64,000 nt of DNA from assembly GCA_029941115.1 (NCBI GenBank), contig JAPYRK010000004.1:21271-85270 (forward strand), written 5' to 3'. Position numbers and translations under genes: made by a program. Position 1 is the first letter of the stretch. Each line of letters opens with the position of its first letter. This stretch comes from Dehalococcoidia bacterium. Its GTDB lineage: Bacteria; Chloroflexota; Dehalococcoidia; UBA2979. A model generated the notes under the pieces. That model saw only the letters and a list, made by a program, of their open reading frames with translations. It made no database searches and was not told the origin of the DNA. This document shows positions 39,158 to 48,682 of this stretch, piece after piece.

Positions 39158-40444
39158 ATGATTCGTAGCCTTAACCAAGCCATGCGAGACGTCACATTCG
39201 AACGAATGTTTGAATCTCTAAAATATCGCGATTTTCGCCTTCTCTGGTTAGGTCAAGGCGCTCACGCAGCGGCGCTCTGGATTGAAATGGTTGCTCGTCC
39301 ATGGCTAGTTCTTGAAATGACTAATGGTGATGCATCTATGGTTGGCCTCATGGTCGCTACACGGGCAGCGCCGTCACTACTCTTTGGGCTCTTCGCCGGA
39401 GTGCTGAGCGACCGGTTTAATCGGAAATATTTACTGCTAGCTGCCAAAAGCTCTGCATTCATAATCAGTCTGTTTTTTGTCGGTCTACTAATTCTGGGAT
39501 ACATGGAACTATGGATAATATTCCTATTCACCTTTTTAAGGGGATCTGCTATGGCGTTCGACCAGCCTGCCAGGCAATCTCTGGTGAGTCAAGTGGTTCC
39601 AGTGACTATCATCACAAATTCTGTAGCATTGATGTCTTCGACTCAAAGCGTCATGCGCATTGTAGGAGTATTAGTATCAGGCTTAGTGATTGAAATGTTA
39701 GGTTTTACTTACGCCTTTGGTTTAGTTGCCTTCATCTATTCTGGGGCGGTAATTGCGACGGCTCTTCTCAAAGTTGAAAATAACAATAAGTCAGTAATGA
39801 AATCAGGGACCTCACCTCGCGTTATAAAGGCAGAATTACTAGAAGGCTTACGGTACGGCTTTCAGAATTCTACAATTCGAGGAATTGTTGTCATGTCATT
39901 AATTTTCTACGCCTTCGCAATGTCATACATGCAAGTGTTTATTCCATTGATCGCGTGGCAGCAGCTCGACTTAGGTGCCAGAGGAGTATCGTATCTCGCA
40001 GCAGCTACTGGAATTGGTGCATTATTTGCAACATTCAGCATCGCAGCCATGTACCCAAAAAAACTGGGCATCATACTAATTCTTTCCCTAATCGGAATGG
40101 GAATCGCTTTAATCGCTTACTCAGTGAGCGCTCTGTTGCCTGGAAACCTCGGGTTGATAGTACCCATAGTTCTAATTGGATTGGTAGGATTTGGACAAAC
40201 TGGCTACTTTTCAATCTCGAACGCTACGCTCCTAACCGCTTCTCCACCTGAATTTCGAGGCAGAATAGTGAGTCTCACATCGCTCGATCGAGCGATGTCG
40301 GCCGTGGGTGGAGCAATGGGTGGAGTGCTCGCTGGGCTACTTGGCGCGATCGCCGCTCAAGGTCTTTACGGAGCAATCGTAATCATTGCCGGATTAATAT
40401 TTCTCGTGAAAAGCAAAGGTTTAAGACAATATGTGGCCCCATAG
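39158..40444 (+). CDS. MFS transporter, EntS/MFS_3-like exporter type
   Basis: N-terminus YRDFRLLWLGQG...FAGVLSDRFNRK typical of the MFS_3 (enterobactin-exporter-like) family. ~12 hydrophobic helices. Confidence 0.8.
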   Translation: MIRSLNQAMRDVTFERMFESLKYRDFRLLWLGQGAHAAALWIEMVARPWLVLEMTNGDASMVGLMVATRAAPSLLFGLFAGVLSDRFNRKYLLLAAKSSAFIISLFFVGLLILGYMELWIIFLFTFLRGSAMAFDQPARQSLVSQVVPVTIITNSVALMSSTQSVMRIVGVLVSGLVIEMLGFTYAFGLVAFIYSGAVIATALLKVENNNKSVMKSGTSPRVIKAELLEGLRYGFQNSTIRGIVVMSLIFYAFAMSYMQVFIPLIAWQQLDLGARGVSYLAAATGIGALFATFSIAAMYPKKLGIILILSLIGMGIALIAYSVSALLPGNLGLIVPIVLIGLVGFGQTGYFSISNATLLTASPPEFRGRIVSLTSLDRAMSAVGGAMGGVLAGLLGAIAAQGLYGAIVIIAGLIFLVKSKGLRQYVAP

Positions 40445-40488
40445 AAAGTTTATACGATTAAGATAAATCCGTATAAAAGGAGCCCGCC

Positions 40489-41268
40489 TTGCTACGCTTG
40501 AGACAAATCGCGTTAATCACACATGACTTAGGCCCTGTCGAGGCGAGGTTTCGTTCAATTTTTGGACTCGAAATATGTCACCGAGATCCGGGAGTTGAAA
40601 AGTTCGGGCTAAATAATTTCCTCATGCCATTAGGGAATTCATTCATCGAAGTTGTTGCTCCGTTTAAGAACATGACTGCCGGCGGGAGATATCTAGAGAA
40701 GCGAGGCCATAGCACTGGTTATATGGTAATCATGCAAACCGACGATATTGTGGACGCACGGATGCGCATGAAAAAGTTGGATATTCGGCTCGTGCTAAAT
40801 GGTGGAAATGATACTCGCACGACCGATGGAATCCAGTTACATCCCAAAGATCTACCCGGTGCAATCGCTGAACTAAGGTGGAATACAGGAGACCGTGATC
40901 CCGACGGACCTTGGTCGCCGGCTGGAAAAAATTGGCTCCCACATAGGAACACATCTGTCGCTAGTGCAGTGCGTGCAGTTGAAATTAATTCTATGAATCA
41001 TGAAGCGCTAGCAAGCCAATGGAGTGCTGCACTAGCTCGTCCAGTTACAACATCTAATGAGTCCGTGTCGTCGATTGACCTTGATGACGCGATAATCCGC
41101 TTTAAACCACTCACTGGTGATCGCTCGGAAGGTCTAAACGAGATTGATATTCAGGTTACCAACTTTAGTCATGTCATCGCTGCAGCAGAAAACGCAAAAT
41201 GTCTTCTCTCCTCCTCAGCAGTACAAATCTGCGGAGTGCAGTTCAACCTACTTGAAGAGAAAAAATGA
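40489..41268 (+). CDS. VOC/glyoxalase-like domain protein
   Basis: LRQIALITHDLGPVEARF...SFIEVVAP pattern. TTG start with AAAGGAG 6 nt upstream. Confidence 0.55.
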   Translation: MLRLRQIALITHDLGPVEARFRSIFGLEICHRDPGVEKFGLNNFLMPLGNSFIEVVAPFKNMTAGGRYLEKRGHSTGYMVIMQTDDIVDARMRMKKLDIRLVLNGGNDTRTTDGIQLHPKDLPGAIAELRWNTGDRDPDGPWSPAGKNWLPHRNTSVASAVRAVEINSMNHEALASQWSAALARPVTTSNESVSSIDLDDAIIRFKPLTGDRSEGLNEIDIQVTNFSHVIAAAENAKCLLSSSAVQICGVQFNLLEEKK

Positions 41269-41900
41269 CTTCACCGGATTCCGAACCTTTTGAATTCCCG
41301 GCAAACTTCTTTCGGCGAGAGGATACGTCGTCTGATCGTTATTTCTATGAAAATCCGAGATTTGTCACGCACATAGACGATGGAACAATTGAGGCTCTAA
41401 CAACCTTTTATGAAGAAGTTATCCCTGAAAACGCTAAGGTACTCGATCTTATGTCGTCATGGATTTCCCATTTACCAAAGGGGAAAAAAATTGATGAAGT
41501 CTACGGACTCGGTATGAATCATGAGGAGTTAGAAAATAATCCACATTTAACGAAAAAACTTGTGCATGATCTAAATCGCACCCCCCAAACACCTCTACCA
41601 AGTAACTTCTTCGATGTTGCACTGTGCGCGGTGTCAGTGCAATACCTAACGCAACCAGTTGAGGTCTTCCGAGATGTCGGGCGAACACTTAAATCGGGAG
41701 GTTCATTCATTGTGTCCTTCTCACATAAAATGTTTCCGACTAAGGCTGTCGAAGTATGGAAGTCGCTCGGTACTGAAGACAGGACTCAGCTTGTTGGAGC
41801 ATACTTTCAAATCTCAGAGATATTCGATGAACCATCCCTAGTGAAACGCGAGCCCGCCGAGGCAGATCCACTGTGGATAGTTCTTGCAACAAAAAAATAG
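41265..41900 (+). CDS. Class I SAM-dependent methyltransferase-like protein
   Basis: ATGA overlap with the upstream gene. Motif-I-like KVLDLMSSW and FDVALCAVSVQYL, GGSFIVSF. Pattern recognition. Confidence 0.6.
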   Translation: MTSPDSEPFEFPANFFRREDTSSDRYFYENPRFVTHIDDGTIEALTTFYEEVIPENAKVLDLMSSWISHLPKGKKIDEVYGLGMNHEELENNPHLTKKLVHDLNRTPQTPLPSNFFDVALCAVSVQYLTQPVEVFRDVGRTLKSGGSFIVSFSHKMFPTKAVEVWKSLGTEDRTQLVGAYFQISEIFDEPSLVKREPAEADPLWIVLATKK

Positions 41901-41915
41901 ACGTTGGCTGAGCAG

Positions 41916-42767
41916 TCAGTCTACTAAGACATTCTTAATAAATTGAGTTACTTGATGCTCTGCTCCCGCTACAAAAGGCCTGACATTTCTATGTTCGAGC
42001 TTCAGTTCAACCGGCTCACAATCTGAATCGTATAGATCCTTATTCGCCGCGCGAACTATAGCTGCACCGCCAGCCACATCGTGTAGTGCATAATGAGATC
42101 GAAACCCCTGGGCTAGTCCGGTTGACACATACATCTCGGATTGCCCAGTGGCAACAAGAGCCATGCGCATTACTACTGATCCCACCGCGTACACTGGAGT
42201 TTCCTCTGGTATAACCTGCCTAACCCACCGATCATGCCAAGATATAACCACTCCTACCGGGTTGATATCTTCGAGTGTCAATGGTTCACCATTTACCCGC
42301 ACTGGCAATTCATCGAGAGAAACAACCCCAGTAATAACTGCTGAGTCCTCAGGATTTCTTGAAAACCCAAGTGGGAGTCCGATTACTCCGAGGGATAATT
42401 CTTGATTTACGAATAACGCGATAGATGTTCCATATTCCCCTGCGCCCGGATTGTGGACTAAATTCGAAGTCCCATCAATTGGATCAACAACCCATGTCGG
42501 AGACCCAGCTATTGTGGAAAGCGAACTATCGGACTCCTCAGACTGCCACCCACTCCCTGGAATCAATTTCAAAAGAGACTCGTTCAGATGCAAATCTACT
42601 GCTTCGTCAATTTCTGTAACCAACTCACCCGGCAAACCAGAATCTTTATGACTTACGTAGGCGCCACGTTTCAAAAGATTGACTATTAGTTGATTTGATT
42701 CGCTGACTAACTCTTCGAGAGCAGATGAAATCGATATTAAATTGGTTTCCGATAAATCTGAACTCAC
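41916..42767 (-). CDS. Inositol monophosphatase family protein
   Basis: WVVDPIDGTSNLVH motif and upstream EESD metal site. GTG start overlapping the SDR stop (GTGA). Confidence 0.8.
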   Translation of the reverse strand: MSSDLSETNLISISSALEELVSESNQLIVNLLKRGAYVSHKDSGLPGELVTEIDEAVDLHLNESLLKLIPGSGWQSEESDSSLSTIAGSPTWVVDPIDGTSNLVHNPGAGEYGTSIALFVNQELSLGVIGLPLGFSRNPEDSAVITGVVSLDELPVRVNGEPLTLEDINPVGVVISWHDRWVRQVIPEETPVYAVGSVVMRMALVATGQSEMYVSTGLAQGFRSHYALHDVAGGAAIVRAANKDLYDSDCEPVELKLEHRNVRPFVAGAEHQVTQFIKNVLVD

Positions 42768-43525
42768 AAACTAGCGCCACCATCAACAGTTATAGTCTGG
42801 CCTGTGACAAACACGTTTCGCTCGATAAGTGCGACTATTGCATCTGCACACGTTTCAGGAGTTGCAACTCCGCGCAGTGGCGCCGTTGAACTCAAACGAT
42901 CTTTTGCTAGCTCATAATTCTCGTCCCCTTGACCGTCGCGCAGCCATCTGCCCTCAATAAAGCCAGGAGCAATCGTATTAATCCGAATCTCGGGACCTAA
43001 AACACGAGCTAGTGATTTTGTAATCATGATGACACCAGCCTTCGAGGCTACGTAGGGGATTGATGAGCCGGTCCCTCGTTGACCTGCTGTCGATGCAACA
43101 TTCACTACTGCACCTTCGCCAGCCTCTCTCATGTGCGGTGCTGCAGCTCGCGTACAATTAAAGACGCCTCGTAAATTTGCACCAATAATATCGTCCCATA
43201 CTTCGTCAGTGACTGCCTCTAAGTCAGCATGATCGATAAAGTGAGTCATTCCTGCGTTATTTACGAGAATGTCTATTCCGCCATAAGTCGCTACCGCAGC
43301 CGCGATTAATGCCCTGCACTCACTATCATTTCTCACATCAGCCTTCACCGCATGTGCGGCACCACCATTAGCTTCAATTCGGGCAACAATATCCGCCGCG
43401 GCGGCTTCGCCTCTCACATAATTAACAACAACTTTTACTCCAAGTGACGCTAATAATTCAGCTGTAGCTTCTCCTACTCCGGACGAAGATCCCGTCACGA
43501 CAGCTACTTTATCTGCTAGTTTCAT
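42764..43525 (-). CDS. SDR family oxidoreductase
   Basis: VAVVTGSSSGVGEA (TGxxxGxG), NNAG, YVASKAG (YxxxK). ATGA overlap with glcF. Confidence 0.9.
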   Translation of the reverse strand: MKLADKVAVVTGSSSGVGEATAELLASLGVKVVVNYVRGEAAAADIVARIEANGGAAHAVKADVRNDSECRALIAAAVATYGGIDILVNNAGMTHFIDHADLEAVTDEVWDDIIGANLRGVFNCTRAAAPHMREAGEGAVVNVASTAGQRGTGSSIPYVASKAGVIMITKSLARVLGPEIRINTIAPGFIEGRWLRDGQGDENYELAKDRLSSTAPLRGVATPETCADAIVALIERNVFVTGQTITVDGGASL

Positions 43526-44859
43526 AATATTACCCCTGTCTCACTAATCTCTTCATTGTCTTTTTTATCCCGTCCCAATCGCACTGACTTGGCAAGTAGT
43601 TCGATGACGTGCCGCACGTCCATGTCGCTAGACTCACCTCTTAGGCCAGCCTCAAGTTGTAGAGTACAGCCAGGATTTGCCGTACATACGGTCCCTGCAT
43701 CTGTACCGAGCACGTCCTCTAATTTTGCCGAAAGCACCTGGCTAGATAGATCTGGTTGGACGATTGAATAAATTCCGGCGGATCCGCAACATCGGTCAGG
43801 AGTATTCATTTCTCTTAGTTCAAGGCCAGGAATAGACGAAAGAATTGTCCTTGGAGCTAATTTCTCTTTTTGAGCATGTGCCAAGTGACATGCGTCCTGA
43901 AGAGTCACCACTTCCCTCACCTCACCTAATTGACGATCAAATTTGTGTTTTGCTACGAATTCCAGAATGTCTTCAACTTTTGCGGAGAAGATTTCAGCTC
44001 TCTCTCTCCACTTTTCATCATGACGCAACAGTCTTCCATACTCTTTCATTGCAGAACCACAACCAGCAGCATTCACAAGAACTTTGCTCGCCCCCGATGA
44101 TTCAAATATTTCAATATTCTGTCGAGCTAACTTTCGTGAAGCTTCAGCGTCCCCAGCATGAATATGTAACGCACCACAACACACCTGAGTCTTCGGAGCA
44201 ATTACTTGGAAATTCATATAATCAAGAACTTCAACAGTTGAGGTATGCATTTCGGGATATAGTTCCCCATGAATACAGCCAGTTAAGAGCGCCACTTTAT
44301 CTAATGAGACTTCAGGTGAGGACAACATTCCGCTCTCGCGAAATGGTTTCTTATGGAGTGAGGGTAGTGAATTTTCCAGACGGACTAGCTTCATCGGCAG
44401 AATCTTTTTTAGAGGCCCTCTAATCAAATTTTGCAAACCAGATTTCGAGTAAAATCTGCCGAGTGAAATAGTGAATCGCAAGCGTTTCTGATGGCTCAGG
44501 ATGTTTCGTAACAAAAAAGAGCGTATGAACCAACTCCGCGGTTGTCGTGAATTACGATTTGCCATGATAGAGGCTTTCGCATCTTCCATTATACGGCCAT
44601 ATGGTACTGCAGAAGGGCAAGCAGTTTCACAAGCTCGACATTGCAAACAACGATCCAGATGTTGAAGAGTTCTACTATTCGCGTCAATTCGGCCTTCTTT
44701 AATCCCAGCAATCACATGCAGGCGTCCGCGTGGAGATTCCAGTTCATGGCCTGTGGCCAGATACGTCGGACAGGAGGGCAAACAGAAGCCACAGTGGACG
44801 CAATTCTGCAGATCTTCGGTGGACGGCACGTCCAGACCTACGAAACTTAACTGCTTCAT
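43522..44859 (-). CDS. glcF: Glycolate oxidase iron-sulfur subunit (GlcF-like, 2x[4Fe-4S] + CCG domains)
   Basis: CVHCGFCLPSCP and CLQCRACETACP ferredoxin motifs. CCG motifs (VCCGALH, RCCGSAG). ATGA overlap with glcE. Confidence 0.85.
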   Translation of the reverse strand: MKQLSFVGLDVPSTEDLQNCVHCGFCLPSCPTYLATGHELESPRGRLHVIAGIKEGRIDANSRTLQHLDRCLQCRACETACPSAVPYGRIMEDAKASIMANRNSRQPRSWFIRSFLLRNILSHQKRLRFTISLGRFYSKSGLQNLIRGPLKKILPMKLVRLENSLPSLHKKPFRESGMLSSPEVSLDKVALLTGCIHGELYPEMHTSTVEVLDYMNFQVIAPKTQVCCGALHIHAGDAEASRKLARQNIEIFESSGASKVLVNAAGCGSAMKEYGRLLRHDEKWRERAEIFSAKVEDILEFVAKHKFDRQLGEVREVVTLQDACHLAHAQKEKLAPRTILSSIPGLELREMNTPDRCCGSAGIYSIVQPDLSSQVLSAKLEDVLGTDAGTVCTANPGCTLQLEAGLRGESSDMDVRHVIELLAKSVRLGRDKKDNEEISETGVIL

Positions 44860-46112
44860 TCACGGCCCCCCATTCGTCCAGGATTGATGATCTGCCCAGG
44901 ATCAAATTTCCTACGTAATTCGCCCACAACTGATAGCTCAGCTCTCCCGGACGGATCGATTTTACTGCGTAAATCCGTTGGAGCATTCTCGATCAGCAGA
45001 TAGCCATGATATCGCTCTACAATCTCGCGAAGGGTGCCAAGTTCACCTGCAAGTTCATCCAAACTGTTCAAGTCCCCCGAGAAACACTCACCCAATATTT
45101 GACCCGCAGCAATATTGGCAAATCCTGCAATATTTATTTCCATCATATAGCTCATAATCTCAGTAATGCGCTGTCGAGGCACTCCGACTCGTATGACTAT
45201 TCGATTGTCTCCTTTAAATATCGAGCGGAGTTGTTGGCCGATTGTTGTTTCGATGGAATCCACAGCAAATTCTGAAAGATCTCTTATGGCCGCAACTGTC
45301 TGCGCCACTGCAACTTCACTCCCCCCGACATCGACAAGAAGTAAAAAGTCCTCGTCTGACAGGAGTAAAGCGCCAACAGAGGGAGAAGTCAATACCACAC
45401 TTCGAACAGGAAACCCTTTGTCCAAAAGTAATTTGCCTAAATCAATTCCTGTCTTAATACTCTTTGGTTTAATCTTCAATATGACGCTAGACGTGGGAAG
45501 TGGCAATACCTTAAATGTTGTCTCCGCCACCACTCCAAACGAACCTAACGAACCGGCATGTAGTCGATGAAGATCATAGCCAGTAACATTTTTTACCACT
45601 CGTCCACCTGATCTAACAACGGTGCCGTTCCCCTTCACTGTCGTGGCACCAAGAATAAGATCGCGAGTAGACGGCAATTGCCCCCGCCATGTTCCAGCAA
45701 TTCCGGTAACCAACATCCCACCAACTGAAATTTCATCTGATGGTGGAGGATTAATAGGAAGATATTGCCCGTGTTCAGCTAGGGTAAATTGCAACGTGGC
45801 CAGAGTCATACCTGCCTCAACTGTGATTGTTAAGTCTTCAGGGACGTACTCAACAATAGAGTTGAGATTTGCGGTGTCAAGGACGGCAAATGGCAGCTTC
45901 ATAACCTTTCCTAGGCGCATTGCCGTGCGTGATCCGGCAATCGCTAGGCCTAACCCTTGAGAATGTGCCACTTTTACGATCTCAGAAACTTCTCGTACAT
46001 TTCTTGGGGCTACGGTAAATAACGGCTTCTGGTCATCAATGAGTCTTCCATCAACGATTGGACTGAATTCTTCGAATACCTGGCTCAGTATTTTAGTTTC
46101 AGAATTTTGCAT
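44856..46112 (-). CDS. glcE: Glycolate oxidase FAD-binding subunit (GlcE-like)
   Basis: FAD-binding PCMH-type pattern (AIAGSRTAM..., NVTGYDL). Position between the glcD and glcF homologues. Confidence 0.75.
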   Translation of the reverse strand: MQNSETKILSQVFEEFSPIVDGRLIDDQKPLFTVAPRNVREVSEIVKVAHSQGLGLAIAGSRTAMRLGKVMKLPFAVLDTANLNSIVEYVPEDLTITVEAGMTLATLQFTLAEHGQYLPINPPPSDEISVGGMLVTGIAGTWRGQLPSTRDLILGATTVKGNGTVVRSGGRVVKNVTGYDLHRLHAGSLGSFGVVAETTFKVLPLPTSSVILKIKPKSIKTGIDLGKLLLDKGFPVRSVVLTSPSVGALLLSDEDFLLLVDVGGSEVAVAQTVAAIRDLSEFAVDSIETTIGQQLRSIFKGDNRIVIRVGVPRQRITEIMSYMMEINIAGFANIAAGQILGECFSGDLNSLDELAGELGTLREIVERYHGYLLIENAPTDLRSKIDPSGRAELSVVGELRRKFDPGQIINPGRMGGRE

Positions 46113-46140
46113 AAATTTAATTAATTTCTACCTTGCTGCA

Positions 46141-47625
46141 TTAAATATAGATATCCGATGACATCTTATTTCCAGCCATCGCCATGCTAATCTCTGCCGC
46201 ATGCCCTACGGCACATCCATGTCCATTCGGTAGAATCTTGCATGGATTAAATACATCAGCAGGACCAAATGCTTCTCGAATATTCTCCATTGCTTCAAGA
46301 TCATCTTGAGAATATATCCATTCCATATAAGAGGTCTTCTCAAGTCCAACGCCGTGCTCACCCGTGATCGCCCCACCTGAATCGACACAGACACGCATAA
46401 TTTCGCCAGCACACTCAAGTACTCTATCTAGAATGCCCTCGTTCTGCGGGTCGAACATTAAAGTTGGGTGCAAGTTTCCATCACCTGCATGGAACATATT
46501 CGCGCATTTAAAGCCATAACTAGAGGCTATTGCTAGAACATTCTCCATCACCTGGGGTAATTTTGTCCGGGGCACAACCCCGTCTAATAAATAGAACGCT
46601 GGATACGCAGCACCAATCGCACCGATTGCGGCTTTTCGGCCCTCCCAAAGTTTTTCGCGCTCCTCAGAACTTGTAGCAACTCTTATCTCGGAGGCTCCTG
46701 AAGTTTCACATGCCTCTCTAACAAGTTCGCTGTCTGATTCCACTGCATCAGGAATTCCTTCGATCTCAATAAGAAGTACTGCGCCGGCATCCAAGGGATA
46801 GCCAGCATGAATCCGAGGTTCCACAATTTTTATAATTTCTTGATCTAACATCTCAAGTGCAACAGGAATAACTCCTCGTCTAATAATGGATGAAACGGCT
46901 TCCGAGGCGCTAGTGACCGTATCAAATACCGCAAGCATAGTCTTTAACGATTGTGGAAGAGGTATTATTTGCACGGTGATCTCAGTAATAATGCCGAGTG
47001 TGCCTTCGCTTCCGGCAAACAGCCCGCGGATATCAGGGCCAGGAGTATCTAGGACTCGACTTCCTAACCTGGCAATGTCACCGTTCGGCAGAACTACTTC
47101 GAGCTCAAGTACGTGATTCACGGTACTGCCATGCGCCAGAGTATGTGGACCACCACTGTTGTTTGCAACATTTCCACCAAGCGTGCATATCCGCTGTGAA
47201 GATGGATCGGGCGCGTACGTGAAACCATCAGTTTGTAGGCGATCTTGCAGCTGAAGATTGATTACACCAGGCTGCAAAACAGCATATCGATTCTCAATAT
47301 CAATCTCACAAATCTTGTTCATTCTGGTCAGTGAGACAACTACTCCGCCCTTGATAGGCACCGCTCCACCCGATAATCCCGATCCTGATCCTCGAGGTAC
47401 AATCGGGCGATTAAATTTTCTACATATCTTCACGATCGATGAAATTTCATCAGTGGTAAGTGGTAGCACTACCACCTCAGGTGTAGCACGCTCGATTGTC
47501 GCGTCGTACTCGTAGCCAATAAGATCTTCTTTGGTGTAGAGAACCTGATTCGCCCCAACTATCTCAATTAGTTCTTGAACTAGTGGCTCGGGCTTATTTC
47601 TCGAGGGCTTAAAAAACCTAACCAT
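46141..47625 (-). CDS. glcD: Glycolate oxidase / FAD-linked oxidase subunit (GlcD-like)
   Basis: 494 aa. PRGSGSGLSGGAVP FAD motif and C-terminal GAITGEHGVGLEK typical of GlcD/D-lactate dehydrogenase. Confidence 0.85.
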   Translation of the reverse strand: MVRFFKPSRNKPEPLVQELIEIVGANQVLYTKEDLIGYEYDATIERATPEVVVLPLTTDEISSIVKICRKFNRPIVPRGSGSGLSGGAVPIKGGVVVSLTRMNKICEIDIENRYAVLQPGVINLQLQDRLQTDGFTYAPDPSSQRICTLGGNVANNSGGPHTLAHGSTVNHVLELEVVLPNGDIARLGSRVLDTPGPDIRGLFAGSEGTLGIITEITVQIIPLPQSLKTMLAVFDTVTSASEAVSSIIRRGVIPVALEMLDQEIIKIVEPRIHAGYPLDAGAVLLIEIEGIPDAVESDSELVREACETSGASEIRVATSSEEREKLWEGRKAAIGAIGAAYPAFYLLDGVVPRTKLPQVMENVLAIASSYGFKCANMFHAGDGNLHPTLMFDPQNEGILDRVLECAGEIMRVCVDSGGAITGEHGVGLEKTSYMEWIYSQDDLEAMENIREAFGPADVFNPCKILPNGHGCAVGHAAEISMAMAGNKMSSDIYI

Positions 47626-47691
47626 TTAAACCACCACCGTGATTACTATTTTTTACTTCGATTTGAAAGTTAAACGATATTTATGATACTC

Positions 47692-48129
47692 CTATCGTGG
47701 GTGCAGACCCCTATCTGGAACTATCTCATGAAGTATTCCGGCAGCAGTCTTGGGGTGGAAAAAAGCGGCAGTTAATTCGTCCTCGGGAGTACCAAAGTCA
47801 ATAAAGTCCAAGCCTGCCTCAACTAATGTTCTCATATCATCTGGCACGGAGGTACTTGAATAGCCGATATGATGAAGTCCAGGTCCATTCTTTTGTAAAT
47901 ATTTTGCTATCCCACTTATATCATCGCGAGGCACAAGAATCTCTATTCTGGTGGCGCCTGAGCCGACTTTCACAAACCAAATACTTGTGTTCTGCGGTGC
48001 AAACACGTTTCCGTCCGGCATAGCGGTACGTTCCACGTCATAGTCGAAACCAAATTGACCAAGCAGCACGTCGCTAGCAGTACTCAAATCAGGCGCGACA
48101 ATTCCTAAATGATCCAGACCAGTAATCAT
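47692..48129 (-). CDS. Methylmalonyl-CoA epimerase (VOC family)
   Basis: Start moved to ATG 48129 (AAGGAGG 6 nt upstream). LDHLGIVAPDL, HHIGY, HEIV VOC metal ligands. Adjacent to the mutase locus. Confidence 0.7.
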   Translation of the reverse strand: MITGLDHLGIVAPDLSTASDVLLGQFGFDYDVERTAMPDGNVFAPQNTSIWFVKVGSGATRIEILVPRDDISGIAKYLQKNGPGLHHIGYSSTSVPDDMRTLVEAGLDFIDFGTPEDELTAAFFHPKTAAGILHEIVPDRGLHPR

Positions 48130-48216
48130 AAATTCCTCCTTAACTAATTGTGAGGCTAGCATGCTTATTATTAGAATGACTAGTATAGATAAATTTTAGA
48201 TGAATTGGAGACCCAG

Positions 48217-48642
48217 ATGATTGAAAACGTAGCAGGAATAACCGCGGACACCGTGGTTACTTTTACAAAGGAAGTCACTCAGCAGGACATTAATACCTTT
48301 GCAGATGTGACCGGCGACCACAATCCGTTACATTCGAACGAGGAATATGCGGCTCAAACGCGTTTCAAACAACCAATTGCGCACGGCATGTTTGGAGCCG
48401 GAGTGATCTCTGCCGCTCTCGGCACTCGTCTTGCACCAGAATCCGTGGTTGTATACCTGGGTCAGAATCTTAGATTCAGGGCCCCTGTGTTAGCAGGAGA
48501 CACAATCACTGCCACCTGCACAGTTACAACAGTCGAGGTTGAAAAATCAAGATTAAGTCTTCAGACTACCGTCACCAACCAAGATGGAGTGGAAGTAATC
48601 ACCGGCGACGCACAAGTTATGATTGATGAAATCAGAAGCTAG
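48217..48642 (+). CDS. MaoC family (R)-specific enoyl-CoA hydratase
   Basis: FADVTGDHNPLHSNEEYA hydratase-2 motif. Start taken at ATG 48217 (GGAG 6 nt upstream) rather than TTG 48205. Confidence 0.8.
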   Translation: MIENVAGITADTVVTFTKEVTQQDINTFADVTGDHNPLHSNEEYAAQTRFKQPIAHGMFGAGVISAALGTRLAPESVVVYLGQNLRFRAPVLAGDTITATCTVTTVEVEKSRLSLQTTVTNQDGVEVITGDAQVMIDEIRS

Positions 48643-48682
48643 AATTTGGCAATATAATTTAGGTTAGCGATTTTTTCTTAGG

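Noticed and set aside
43845-44423. 192-aa ORF on the plus strand, the longest antisense ORF in the window
   Set aside because: It lies entirely antisense to the glcF homologue, whose Fe-S and CCG motifs are unambiguous. The translation is low-complexity (Ser/Leu/Gln/His-rich) with no recognisable motif or RBS.
48643-48682. Looked for a cobalamin riboswitch upstream of the mutase gene
   Set aside because: The spacer is only 40 nt, far too short for a B12 aptamer, and has no conserved B12-box-like sequence.
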